Below, piece after piece: positions 28,643-43,369 of a DNA stretch of 64,000 nucleotides (position 1 is its first letter; each line of letters opens with the position of its first letter). The notes under the pieces are model-generated. The model saw nothing but the letters and a program-made list of their open reading frames with translations, had not been told where the DNA came from and searched no databases. A program made the translations under genes and the position numbers. The stretch is from Chrysomallon squamiferum (lineage: Eukaryota; Animalia; Mollusca). The DNA lies in NCBI GenBank assembly GCA_012295275.1, contig CM022670.1:434001-498000 (forward strand), in the 5' to 3' direction.

Positions 28643-30117
28643 TTTAGTTTATGTGTGTGTGTAATTAATAATTACCAATATTAAAATGTTCTGTTGCAGG
28701 TTCTATCTGCAAACTGAACATGATGATATTTTTGTTAACTCAGAAAATCTATATTTAACATACAGTATTTTTTATTATTTATTTATTTTATTTATGAATG
28801 TTTAAATGTATGTGTGTCTGTATGTATGTAGGTAAGTATTTTTTTTCTAATTTTATTTTTGTTTGTTTGTTTGTTTGTTTTGTTTGTTTTGTCTTGATTT
28901 CATTGGATAGATTTGTTATCATTATTATTTTAACATACGTTGTCATTATTATTACAAATCTTCATCATAAACAAAATCCATATTATCATCTGACACCTAA
29001 ACAAGCTTCAATATTAAAACTCTTTAATGTCCCGTTCAATGCAATATTCATTCCTTTATGTATTCACTCACCGACGACGTGCAAGACGTCGTCACTTTCG
29101 GTACATCAGAACGAGCTACACTCGAATACATCAGCAGCAGTCGCTGGTTATAATACAGATGATCATTTCATTTCGGTAATGGTTATTTTAAATCCAATAT
29201 AAAAGCCGAGAGGCCAATGCGACCACAAGCTTCCTAGCGATTGCCGTTAGCTGATAAAGCGAGACATTTGCATAGAAATGAAAAAATCAAACATATCAAC
29301 ATATGCGATTAGGCAGCAATTTTTCTTATTTCGTGTCCAAAAAAAAAAAAAAAAAAATCAAACGAGAAAGAAGTTCGTTTCTTCTCTAAGGCGAGATTCT
29401 TTAGATTCTTCTCAGAGGAAAAATATTTCCGTGTCAGTTTTCATTGAGGTTATCAAACAGCGCTGTCGTGCCAGGGAATGACGGTGTACTGCCGGCGGGT
29501 GACGTCATATGAGGCTTATTAGATCGTGATAAGATAAGTGAGTAACAGCCCCAAGAAATAAATAAAGGATTAATCACAGAGAGGTAAAATAATGGTCGAT
29601 TCAATCGATTAATTAAATAAATAAACCGATAAATAAAATGTAATAAATAAACAAAAATATCAATGAATAAACAGAAACAAACAAACATTAAAATAAATGA
29701 ATAAATAAATAAAGTATTCAATAATTATATAACTTTATAAAATAACTAAATAATTAATAAATAGACAAGTAAATAAATAAATAAATGAGTAAGTAAGTAA
29801 ATAAATAAATAGTGTTAAATAACTATATAATAAACAAACAAACAAACAAACAAACAAATAAATAAATAAATAAATAAATAAATGAAGTAGACTGGCGAGA
29901 AATCGCTGATTCACACTTGTATCACAAACTGCCTGCCATGCAGCAGTATCTGGAACCGGTCCTGCGCATCGATACTCTCTCTCTCATCCTTCTAGTTAAC
30001 ACGCTTTGTGTGTATATATAGAAAGTCAATGACAGTCTTCTGCTTTCTAGAATTTCCTCCTTTACAAGAAGCGAACTAGAAAAAAAAAAAAAAAAAAAAA
30101 AAAATCAACTTGTCACT

Positions 30118-30221
30118 ATGACAGGTGAGTTATTTGTGAAGCAAAATACCAGCTGATGACACAACTTAGAGACGTTTGTTTTTCAAAAGGTTCACTCGAA
30201 CCTGTCCGCTCATCGGATGCG
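30118..30221 (+). CDS. Candidate short start exons: ATGACAG (30118-30124) plus 30190-30221, giving MTGSLEPVRSSDA
   Basis: Donor CAG|GTGAGT, 65-nt intron ending tttgtttttcaaaag, second donor GCG|GTGAGT, frame open, CpG-rich flanks. Confidence 0.25.
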
Positions 30222-31749
30222 GTGAGTAATAAAAAGACAGGGAAATCTCGGGAAGCCGGTGACAGTTTTGTAAGCGCAGCAGAGAACGTCCCGTCACGTG
30301 GCTGATTTACACAACGCGCGCGTAACCAGGCTCGCGCCCAGGAGCGAAAGACAAACAGGCGATATCGCTTAGGAGATGACGTTTATCGCTTTATCGAACC
30401 AGGAATTCCTGGTTAAAGAGCCGATGCATTCCATTATCATGTGTTACTACATAGCCGACGTATTATTAACATTTATTTAAAAAAGAATATCTGTGTATTA
30501 TCACGCGTTAAATATTTCACATTATTATCATTTATTATAGTGTCTTGCAAATTATCATTAATAATGTATTCCACATAATTATACCATGCATTACATAGAA
30601 TATGTATTGCCTAAATTATATTATTCAAAAATTCTGCTAATTATTATTATCATGTACATATTACGTATTCCACGTATTATCCACTTATTACGTAATACGC
30701 AGTAAATTGTGTTACGTGTTGTATGTAATTATTATAAGTTAATACCTATTCCACATATTAATTTATTATGCGTTCCACATTAATTAGTATTCATTTACTG
30801 CGTATTTCCTTTCGTAATGTTTGCACATTGCACACACTGTAATTAACTGCGCACTCGAATATTACAAATTAGTGTATTTACTGCGCATTTTACGTTATTG
30901 TTTATAAAGTGTTTACTGCGCGTTTTTTCACACGCGTTATTACAAATGCCACATTTGATAATTTTAAATTATTATTTATTCCTGTTATTGTTTAATAACA
31001 TCTCTGCACATTGTATCATCCATGATTATCTTCACATATATCAAAATTTAAAAATTAACATGCTTTCATCGAACCAGGGCTTCGTAGTTAAAAATCCCTG
31101 ATGCCTTCCACGTTTTACTCAGTTCATGTTTTCTGTTATCGTTTTATTGCATATCTTCATGATGTTTCCATGGATATTTTCAACTCCTGCCAAAATTTTA
31201 TAAAAGCTATTTTTAACAAATCCTGTTTGAAAAGACTCACGTCTGTTTGCTGATTCATTCTTCAAGATTTCTTTCCGTGTTCCATTAATTAATTAAAAAA
31301 AGGTTTTCACGCAAAGCGAGGTTCTGACATTGAAAACGAGTCCTGCAAAATGTCGTCACTGATCAAAACGACGAGCATGACGTAATGTCTTTGTCCTTGT
31401 CAGGAGACCCCCAAAAAATAAATATTAAAATGTCCACCACTGTATTCATCAACCGCTATCGTTGTTGTTTTTAAAATTCTATATAACCGTAGAACAAAAA
31501 AAAAAAATAATAATAAATAAAAAAAAATGATAATATTCAAACAAAAAATAAAAAAATATAAATTACAGCTTTTCAAACTCCAGCGATATGTAAAGATAAA
31601 AATTAATGAAAGCGCCTAACTGTTAGTCCCAGACACATGGGATGAACTGAAGTGATTTTCAACGATATATTGATAGAGATTCCAAGGCGATCGATCAATA
31701 CGACTGTTTTGCTATGCAAATAGCGGCGGAGCGCAGCCAGGTTCTTCTC

Positions 31750-31936
31750 TTCAACGGCAGATCTGTGTGGGTTGGTGCTTTAGTGAAAACGGACACAGAA
31801 TACATACACATAACCATCATCAAAACAACAGAGACACGCTGAACCAACACCATCAGCGAAACTTATTTTTACTTATTACACAGTCTGTTTTATTCAGTGG
31901 ATATTTCATAAAGGATTTGTTTAATTATTATTATTT

Positions 31937-31967
<31 letters not shown>

Positions 31968-32119
31968 CTATATAATATTATTATTTTAATTGTTGGAAGT
32001 CATTTGTTGAGGTTTTGGTTCTAGCAGACAACATTAAGTCATACGTGGATTGATTTTCCCCAAGTGTGTTGTTTAGCAGTGGAATTTATTCAGTGAATAA
32101 CAGTAAGAGAACATTTCGG
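31750..32119 (+). other. Candidate non-coding first (5' UTR) exon; start approximate
   Basis: No ATG from 31717 to 32119, a GC-rich promoter-like patch and octamer ATGCAAAT just upstream, and donor CGG|GTAAGT at 32120. Confidence 0.55.
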
Positions 32120-32558
32120 GTAAGTAACGGTTTAAAGTTCCGTCTCTCTTATTCGATTTTATTTTGTTGTACAATCATTTTGTTGTAAATTTGTTTATCA
32201 TTTGTTTATCTGTTTCTTTTAATGTTCTTGTTTAGGTTTTGATTCTGAATCGTTATCAGATGTTAAAAAAAAAAAAAAAAAAAAAATCTATAATGTTGAC
32301 ATTAACGAAATTGATTTTTAAAAACAATGGTGGCTGCTCTTACTACTGCTGTGCTCATGAAATACAGTAAATGTTTGTTGTGTTGGATTATTACTTGTTG
32401 CTATGTAGAGAACACAGAGGGAAGAAGATTTAAATATATTTTATAGAAGATAAATGATATGATTTAGAAAAATAAACGAATAAATAAAAAATAAAATAGA
32501 TAAGTAAACAAAGAAGTAAAGAAGTAAGTAAGAATTAAATAAATAAGTAAAGAAGTAA

Positions 32559-32601
<43 letters not shown>

Positions 32602-33237
32602 ATTAACTAGTAAATGGATCAATATTTTATTAAAATTATTAATTAGAACATAATTATTATCACCATCAACACAACATCACTAGTACTACTACTGATGATG
32701 ATGGTGATGATGATGATGATGAAATATTTGATTTTTTTTTTTATGAAGATATAAATTATTTAATTTTAGCAATAAGCTATGTTATCAATAGCTGCTGCTA
32801 CCTTACACAAGCAAGACGAATATATTTTAAAAAAAAAATTATTTTATTATTTTTAATTGTTTACTCTTTTTTATTTTTATTTTTATTTTTATTTTTTTGC
32901 GGATATTTATTAATAAAGCATTAGCTAAATTATTATTTTAAAAATTAAAAGATTAAAAATATTCCTTATGAAGTTACAATTTTTTTTTCTAAAAATATCA
33001 GTTTTACGTTAAAAAAAATAAAAAATTAAACAAATTAATATTTATTACTCCATAACGACCTACTTAAATTGTTATTATTATTTTCTTTAGAATTTAAAAA
33101 AAAAAATGCTCTTCTTTCTTTTCAAAGTAAATTGTTTGTTATTCTCTTTTTATAAATAACACTTTTACCCAGAGTCATTTAATTAAAATTAATGGGTTAA
33201 AAGTGGATGGATCTTATTTAATATTAATACTGTCACA

Positions 33238-33271
<34 letters not shown>

Positions 33272-33901
33272 CATACATACATACATAGACACACATACAT
33301 ATACGGACATATATGTGAATATATATATATAGATAGATCTATATGTCTATATGTATGTATATACATATTTTAAATATATTCATTCATATATACATACATA
33401 CAGATGCATACATACATGTAGATATATACACACATGTTCATACAAATACATGCAGATCAATATTCATACAGACATTTTCTTTCATTCATTTGAATAATAA
33501 ACTAGGTACCTGTGGCTATGCATACCATTACAACGTGAAATAAACAAAACAAAATAATTACAGTCAAGGTCTCTGCTATTTACCGTTTTATTTGAACTGA
33601 TCGCCACAGATGTAATTCATTTTATTCATAGTAAGTGATGCACTTGTTGGGTTCAGTATTTTTAATTAGTTCTATTTCAGTAGATCGAATTCTGCCTATA
33701 AATATACCGTTGCCTGTTTTCTTTGTAGAAATTTCATTCAGTTTCATGTTTGCATATAGCTATATTTATTAAAGAAGAGTTAAAGTTAATAAAAATCAAT
33801 ACTTAGAATAAATAGCTATTGTTGATACGTTCAATCCTTTGTTTTGACAGCAACGACTTATTAAAAGTTGTCTAGATGCATTGTTTTTGTTATATTTAGA
33901 G

Positions 33902-33915
33902 CGGAAATGACGTCA
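33902..33915 (+). promoter_or_regulatory. ETS-CRE-like composite CGGAAATGACGTCA
   Basis: One mismatch from CGGAAGTGACGTCA; contains a full CRE palindrome. Confidence 0.35.
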
Positions 33916-34145
33916 TTTGGTCATTGAGGCTTACGTGCTATTTTATGGGAATAAATTCTCGCTTTCAGTATTCTAGTTAAAACGTTAATATTTTGAAAAT
34001 TATCCGAAAGCATCTGAAAGTACATGAGCTGTATATGTTATTCCATTCAACGAATTTTTTGCATCATTGTTTGTTCTTTGGTACCTTCCTTTTCATTTAT
34101 TTATTTACTTATTTTTGTTGGTGTTATCAATCAAATCAATCATAC

Positions 34146-34259
34146 ATATGAGTCAGTTTTCAGATCTGATCAACAAATCTGAATTTAATCAGGAACGGCT
34201 GAACCTATAGATTTAGTTTCTTCACAGAATGAAAGATCTGAAAACAAATCGACTCATAT
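34146..34259. repeat. Inverted repeat, 9+12-bp arms around a 66-nt spacer
   Basis: ATATGAGTC/GACTCATAT and GTTTTCAGATCT/AGATCTGAAAAC. Confidence 0.75.
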
Positions 34260-34376
34260 TGATCTCGCAATTCACAACAGAAAATGAAATATTCCAAACC
34301 TAATAAAAAAAAAAATAAAAAATAAAATAAATAACAATTTCATTCTAAGGCTACTGTATAGAAACGTTTTCAGATT

Positions 34377-34461
<85 letters not shown>

Positions 34462-34974
34462 TCTCTGTATCTCCTTTGACTGTCTGTAAATTTAATGTTA
34501 GTGAATTACGTAGATATCTGATATTTGCGGTATTTGCATAATTTCACATTCCAAACATAAAAAAATAATTTATCAAATATTATGGTATCTGCCTCTTTAT
34601 TTATTTTTTATCCAAGGGAAACTGCATATAAATGATACTTTGCTGGTTAATCGATCTGAGTAGAGACAACACAATGAAGTAGTCATCATCATTGTAGAAA
34701 AGCCGACACTGATAACTGTGTTTATATGACTCTGTGTGTGGGTGTTTCAATGTATGTTTGTCTTTGAGGACGTATTTATATGTTCGAACTCATATATCTT
34801 CGAGTGTGTGTGTGTACATAAACGCATACATACATACATAACTACATACTTAACTGTTTGTGTGTGTGTGTGTGTGTGTTTATTTGTATATTGTTTAGAA
34901 ACAATGGATAAAAACGAATTCTGAACATTTTTTCAGTACATTAAAGACAGAGTTTTGCGTAGTCTTCGTTACAC

Positions 34975-36856
34975 TTAGTCTTACATACTAGATTTTCTGT
35001 CAAACACACTGAACACTATATTTAAAATATACTAACACACACAGAATGAATTTACTATCAGTTGAACATCAAATACTAATTTACAATATACTTACACATA
35101 CAAACTAGACTTTCTATCAAACACAACAAACACTACATTCACAATACACTTACACATACAAACTAGACTTTCTGTCAAACATTAAACACTACATTCACAA
35201 TACACTTACACATACAAACTAGACTTTCTATCAAACATTAAACACTACATTTACAATGCACTTACACACACAAACTAGACTTTCTGTCAAACACATTAAA
35301 CACTACATTCACAATACACTTACACATACAAACTAGACTTTCTGTCAAACATTAAACACTACATTCACAATACACTTACACATACAAACTAGACTTTCTG
35401 TCAAACACATTAAACACTACATTCACAATACACTTACACATACAAACTAGACTTTCTGTCAAACACATTAAACACTACATTCACAATACACTTACACATA
35501 CAAACTAGACTTTCTGTAAAACACAATAAACACTACATTCACAATACACTTACACATACAAACTAGACTTTCTGTCACACACATTAAACACTACATTCAC
35601 AATACACTTACACATACAAACTAGATTTTCTGTCACACACATTAAACACTACATTCACAATACACTTACACATACAAACTAGACTTTCTATTAAACACAT
35701 CAAACACTACATTCACAATACACTTACACATACAAACTAGACTTTCTGTCAAACATTAAACACTACATTCACAATACACTTACACATACAAACTAGACTT
35801 TCTGTCAAACATTAAACACTACATTCACAATACACTTACACATACAAACTAGACTTTCTGTCAAACATTAAACACTACATTCACAATACACTTACACATG
35901 CAAACTAGACTTTCTGCCAAACATTAAACACTACATTCACAATACGCTTACACATACAAACTAGACTTTCTGTCAAACACATTAAACACTACATTTACAA
36001 TACACTTACACATACAAACTAGACTTTCTATTAAACACATTAAACACTACATTCACAATACACTTACACATACAAACTAGACTTTCTATCAAACATTAAA
36101 CACTACATTCACAATACACTTACACATACAAACTAGACTTTCTATCAAACACATTAAACACTACATTCACAATACACTTACACATACAAACTAGACTTTC
36201 TATCAAACACTACATTCACGAACACTTACACATACAAACTAGACTTTCTATCAAACACAGTAAACACTACATTCACAATACACATACAAACTAGACTTTC
36301 TATTAAACACTTTCAAACACACTTACACATACAAACTAGACTTTCTATCAAACACTACATTCACAATACACTTACACATACAAACTAGACTTTCTATCAA
36401 ACACTACATTCAAACACACATACAAACTTTTCTATCAAACACTACATTCACAATACACTTACACATACAAACTAGACTTTCTATCAAACACAGTAAACAC
36501 TACATTCACAATACACTTACACATACAAACTAGACTTTCTATCAAACACTACATTCACAATACACTTACACATACAAACTAGACTTTCTATCAAACACTA
36601 CATTCACAATACACTTACACATACAAACTAGACTTTCTATCAAACACTTCAAACACTACATTCACAAAACTAGACTTTCTATCAAACACAAAACACTACA
36701 TTCACAATCAAACATACAAACTAGACTTTCTATCAAACACAAAACACTACATTCACAATACACTTACACATACAAACTAGACTTTCTATCAAACACTACA
36801 TTCACAATACACTTACACATACAAACTAGACTTTCTGTCAAACACTACATTCACAA
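34975..36856. repeat. Homogeneous minisatellite, 54-56-bp unit (aaactagactttctgtcaaacacattaaacactacattcacaatacacttacacatac), over 30 copies
   Basis: Near-identical tandem units, diverged at the left edge, with deletion variants at the right. Confidence 0.98.
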
Positions 36857-37354
36857 CACGCTGCGTACATCACTGGCTAACAGTGCACGTAATTAGCTGA
36901 CATGCAAGAATAAAAGCACGCAACACCTGGTCACTCTAATTGCTGCCTTTGTCCCTCGAACTTCGGGCTCGGGGCTTTGGTCTGCGCGCAGTGCAGGGTG
37001 GAAGAAAGAGAACAGGTGAACCCCGCCCGCACACAGCTTTGTGTGCAGAGAAAAACAATCACTTGTACTCATCAGTGCAGCTAACAGCATCGACGGGGTT
37101 TCCTTTTGTTACAGTAAATGCTCATCGATCCAAAGTGCAATTGTCAGCCGATTCCGCAGCGTGGATTTCCACGAACACACAAGATTAACGGTTTTATGTG
37201 CATGATTTTTGCCGAGATGTTGTTGATACAAATTGCAGTGGCCTCCCAAATCAGCAGTTAAAACAACACCGGCGTTGTGTTCTAGTAACGTATTATTGTA
37301 GTTTAGATAAAAAAAAAAAAAAAACTCTATTGTTGTTACATTATTTTAAGACAT

Positions 37355-37920
37355 GAATGTATTGGTAACAATATTATACTGATACCTTATTACAGTTTAT
37401 AACTGATCGTGTACTGGTAGTAATATTATATTGATACCTTGTCACGTTACAATTTTGGTGCACTATTAGTGTAATATTAAACGTTGTCAGGTTACAGTTT
37501 TAGTGTACTGGTATAGTGATATTATACTGATATATTGTCACTTTCTCTATTTTGGTGTACTGTTTGTGTAATATTATATTGATACACTGTCACTTTACAG
37601 TTTTGATTTACTGGTATAGTAATATTATACACTGTCCCGATACCATTTTAGTGTACTGTTAGTGTAATATTATACATTGTCATGTTACAATTTTGGTGTA
37701 TTGTTAGTGTAGTATTATACATTGTCACGTTACAATTTTAGTGCAACGGTGTTGTGATATTATATCTATACACTGTCACGTTATAATTTTGGGGTACTAT
37801 TAATGTAATATTATGCATTGTCTGATTACAGTTTTTGTGTATTGGTATAGTAATATTGAACTGATATATTGTCACGTTACAACTTTGGTGCACTGGCGCA
37901 GTAATATTATACACTGTACT
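37355..37920. repeat. Degenerate minisatellite, 45-55-bp unit (gttacaattttggtgtactg...gtaatattata...tgtcac)
   Basis: About ten recognisable units. Confidence 0.85.
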
Positions 37921-40894
37921 GTCAGAAGAGTGTCACTGATTTATTGTTACGTGTTAAACTGTCAGTCAATGAGGTTCACGCAATGGATGGATGGATGGAT
38001 GGATGGTGGATGGATGTATGTATGGATGGATGGTGGATGGATGGATGGTGGATGGATGGATGAATAGATGGATGTGACGTATGTATGTATATATGTATGC
38101 ATGAAGACGTATAGGGATGTATATGTATATGTATGTATGTATTTAAGAATGTATGTATGTATACTAAGAATATTAATAATCAGCCATCATTTTAAAACGT
38201 AAAAAAAAAAAATAAAAAAAAAAATAACAACAACAAAGAACAAAAACAAAACAATAACAACAGCAAAAAACCCACCAAACAATACGAATTATGTAGTAAC
38301 TACACGTCTAACAATGCCCAGTGTTAATGCTATACACACACACACACGTAATTACCGGAAACTATTACTGCCAACTTAAACGAAACATTTCAGAAGAAGG
38401 AAGCTATTTGGTTTCTGCTGATATTGTGTGTATAAGTAATTAATATGTAAAATATTTTGTTTTCTGTGAACAATGCATCTATTGACGTCAACGTACGCCT
38501 ATAAAGTTAATCTCAAGAATTACTTTGTACATGTAATAGAGCAGAAACTTTATCTTTTGGATACAGTTCGTTCTCTTCCAGTGAACAGCATTCATAATCA
38601 ATCGTGTATTCGTGTGTGCTTGAGCTGTTATTGATGAAATAATATTTCTTAGGCAACTATTCTAGTTAATTCAATAATAATACCTATGGATATAAAAAAA
38701 AAAAAATGTGGCTTTTCTGTACTGATAATATGAGAAAAGAAACACGCCATAAATGGATCACGGAATCTGTTGTATGTCTTCAGCAAGAAAAATGGTTACA
38801 CCTTCGTAACCTTTAATAAACCAGACCTCAGTTTACGGGCTGGAAAGGAAATATACCAATCGGTTCACTGAACAGGATTGATCTCGTGACCTACGAATCC
38901 ACTAGAGGGAGTTCTTAATCACAGTAGTACATGCACTCCAGGACAACTGAGGGAGAATTCTTTGGTTCTTGAAATGCTGGGATGTGTTGAACTTTTCAAC
39001 TCGTCGTGTTGGATAACAGAATCGTTTCTTCAGCAAGGACAGTAAACAGAGACGGTCGAAGACTCTCAGCTGTTGTAGGAGCAGCCAGAGACAAATGAGG
39101 TCAAACAGTCAGAGTTTATGGATCATAACAAACGTTTATCAATACACAATACTGATTAAAGACAACTGAAAAATACCACTGCATTTGGTGTGTCTGTATG
39201 TATGTATGTATGAATGTATATTTGTATGTATGTATGTATAGGTGTATGTATGTGTATAGGTGTATGTATGTATGTATGTTTGTATGTATGTATGTATGTA
39301 TGCGTGTGTATGTGTGGATGGATGGATAGATGGATGAGTGTGTGTGTATGTGGATGGATGGATAGATGGATGATGTATGTATGTATGTATGTTTATATGA
39401 TTATGTAAATATGTATACGTATAAGTATGTGTGTGTTTGTGTGTGTACATATATATAAATGTATATGTATTTCACTGTTTGTTTGCGTGAGTGTGTTTGT
39501 TTGTGTACGTGTATGTATTTCACTGTTTGTGTGTGAGTGTGTGTGTCTGTATAATTATATATATGTAAGCGTGTATAATCTATGATGGAATCCAGTCCCA
39601 ACAACATTTATTTATTTATTTTCTTATTTAACTAATCTTCTAACACACTAACCCTGAACAGACTAACACTAACACACTAACACTGAACAGACAATCCCTT
39701 GACGTGTGCCAGGCAGACGTGCTTGATCCTTTCAAAAGTCTTGATTAACTTTTTAAACTGTTGGTTTATCGACTGGTAATACCTTTACCAATCCCATTCA
39801 ATTATCTGCGTGCTAATGCCAGTATTAATTTACCTCTAACTCTCCAAGATTTAGATAAGATTTACAGTAGATGATGCGGATTAACTCAAGCTAATGATAC
39901 TTAATAAGGATTAATCGATAGTCATATTTCTATAGGCTTAAACTTTCGTCTTGTTATTTGATCGGGATTGACTTATACTGTTTGATTAAGACAAGAATTT
40001 GTTGTTAGATCTGGGATAATTAATTTTGTTTAGTCTGATATAACATTACACGGAGATGATTAATTTCACCGTACAGAGAGATCGGTAAAACGTATATATT
40101 ACTGACAAAATGCTACGTATATATGTATAAACGATAACGCATATACGTTCATATATGTGTGCGTATGTGTGTCTCTTCATGTGCATGTTTTAACAGCATT
40201 ATGCTCAACTTCTGCCACTGCATTTAATTGTATTTGTAAAATAACTATTTGATAGTGATGCTGTTTTGTTGTTGTTTTTTTAAATTATTTTTGAGAAATA
40301 GCATGATCTCCGCATCTACACTAGATGTAAAGAAAAACGCATCATCACAGACTTATTAATCTATTAGCATACTTTATCATTAGCAAAGTTTGTAATCTAT
40401 AAAAGAATAAAGTAATTACATATTTAGATAATCAGTTAACATCACCAGAGGTACGCTATAACAAGACACAAATGAAACAAGATTTTGGATTATACAAAAT
40501 TATCCGTATCTTCGATCAGTTTGGGGAATCTTAAACATTCTTTCCGAGCAGTCGTATTCATATGAAATAATCATTAATTTTTTTTTTTTTCAAATAGAAC
40601 CCTGAATGTTAAACGTGCGAAAATATCACGTTCGTGTTCTCTTTACAATAACACCGCAGTTAGAGTTCGTCTTCTTTACAGCGGCTGTTCCAGTCCTCAC
40701 GTGAAGAATGGCACAACTCGTTAATTATCCGGTTTCGGTCACAATTGTCGATCTTCGCTTAAGTTGTTAACAAATATATTAAAGTAGTTTGTAGAGCATG
40801 GATGATGATGATGATGATAAACGATATTCTGTTACTGCATTATTATTATTGTTAGTAGTAATAGTAGTAGTAGTAATAGTAATAGTAATAGTAA

Positions 40895-40928
<34 letters not shown>

Positions 40929-42413
40929 CTTTTTTTCTTATTATTTTTACTCTCTATATCCTTCAAAATCACAAAATCCTTCTTTTCCTTCATCATAACC
41001 ACGTTTTTCTTCAGCTTCCTCATCTTCTTCTTTTTTTTTCTTCTCTTTCTAATTCTTCCTTGTCAACATTATCACCACCATCACCATCACCACCATCACC
41101 ATCACCATCATCATAATCATTATTATCATATTCACCTTCTACTTCTTGGTCTTTCTTCATCTACTACCACTCGTCTTCCTGCTTATTTCTTTCATTCTTT
41201 TTTTTTAAAACAGCTTCTTTAATTCATCATCATCATCATCATCATCATCTTCTTCGTCTTCTTCTTCTTCTTTTTCCCTGATTTTATTTTCATCGTTTTT
41301 TTTATCACCGTGTACTACGCAATGTGCAGCTGGTTAACAATTCAGCGCGTGTAGCGATGTAATGCGGAGTTAATTACACAGAAATGTCAGAGTTGAGGTG
41401 GCAGGGACTGAGCCCCTCTTGTCGCGTTCACTTGGACTAAATTAACAGCTTGTGTCAATACCTGACACTCGCAGTGTCACAGAATATCTCATCTCGCTAC
41501 GTGAAGCCTAAAGCACAATAGTCACTTAGCGATTTACAGTAACGATTCGTACATGATACGACAAAGTGACTCGCAATGCATTTTCAAAAAAATAATATCA
41601 CCAACCATTTTGTAAAAATGAATTGTTTTTTTTTTTTAAATCACCAAACCACGTAGCAGTTTGTAAGAATGATTTGTATGTGATATGAAAACGTTACATG
41701 AAAAGTATTTTTAAAATATTATCAAATGATTTTTATTGAAAGAGTAAGTAATTCTGGGAAAATGCGCGATCTCATGGTGCATAAAAGATATAAAGAAAAC
41801 AAAAATTAATGACCTCATATCATAGTTTATTATCATTCTTTATTATTAGCAATGTTTAGACTGTGAAGAAATCATTACCTGGAATTTTATTAAATATATA
41901 TGAAAATGTAACTTGAAAAACGTCATTATTAATAACTTAGATTATTTAGCTTTGTGTTTGTAAAATATCGCCATAGAAACACTTTAATTTACGTAGACTG
42001 ATCTATTTTCTGTTTGCTGAACAATGAACTAAGCAAGGCATTTTTACTTATTTAAAAAAAAAAAAAAAAAAAATTAAATACAATAACACATCCTGCATGC
42101 AAGAATTCGGTATTTCAAAAGTTTTCCCGAAAACAAATATAGGCGACCGTATAGGTCAATAGGCTACAAAGACACATTGTTTTGATCAAAGATGATAATC
42201 TATGCAATAATCTTTGATTATCCCTATCATGTGGTTAGCTAGGGACATTATAATTTTTAGTTGAAGAAAAATATTGATCATTTATTTTTGTTTGTGTTTT
42301 ATTTTAGGATATGAAGTGCAAATTAAAGTATTGATTTAGAAAATATCTAGAAAAAATTTAAATTCTACTTTTTGACTGTGAAACTTATTGCTTCAAAATT
42401 TGAAATTTAAAAG

Positions 42414-42446
<33 letters not shown>

Positions 42447-43369
42447 TATTATTATTGTTATTGTTGTTTTTGTTGATGTTGTTTTCTATTATTATTATTA
42501 TTGTTACTATTACTACTACTATTTGTCACATCATTATTTTCTTCTTCTTATTATTATTATAACAAATAAATAAATAAATGAATAAACGGTTAAATAAATG
42601 AATAAATAAATGAATAAATAAATAAAATAAATTAGCAAAATTTTTGAATTACATATTTAGATATGAACTACTTATCTATTTTAATCAGTACTTAAGAATA
42701 AAAATACAATTTGTTCAAATAGAAACAACAACAACTACAACAACAAAAAAACCATAATTCAAAAAATCTAGAATGAGATAATTGAATTGACAGTTTATGT
42801 AATTTCCTCTCTCTCACGCGACATTTTTAAAATACTGACACATATTACAAGGAAGAGTCATTCTGGAGATCACCAGCTGACAGAAAAAAGAAACAACCAC
42901 ATGAAGCCAATGATTAAAAAGGTTTTTTTCTCAATACTCTTTTTCTCGTAGCGTCAAATCTTCGGGGAATTTTTTCTGCAGTGTCTTGACAATGATAGAT
43001 GTTTTTTGTTCTAAACTTTAATCTTTTATAGGAGTTCTTCAAACTGTTTCACGACCCGAGAGCAATCTATCAATCGAAATTAAACATGTAAAATTTCACT
43101 GTTTCTTCTCTGTCGCGCGCACTGGATACAGGAGGTGGGTGTTTGGAGAGAATCCATGTGGGAAATCTGCGTGAAAAAATCTTTCCCCTTGAAAATCGTT
43201 GATAAATTATGTCGAAAACGATCGAAAATTGGTCTTTGAAACACAATATCGATTAGGTTTTGAAATATGCGAACACTGACGAAAAAAAAAAAAAATAATA
43301 AAAAGAAGGATCAAAACAAATGTGTCTCGGACATTCATTAAGGATATCTGGGTTATTTGTAAAAGACAG

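Noticed and set aside
34975-36856. CRISPR-like regular array
   Set aside because: Units are head-to-tail with no unique spacers, there are no cas genes, and the context is eukaryotic.
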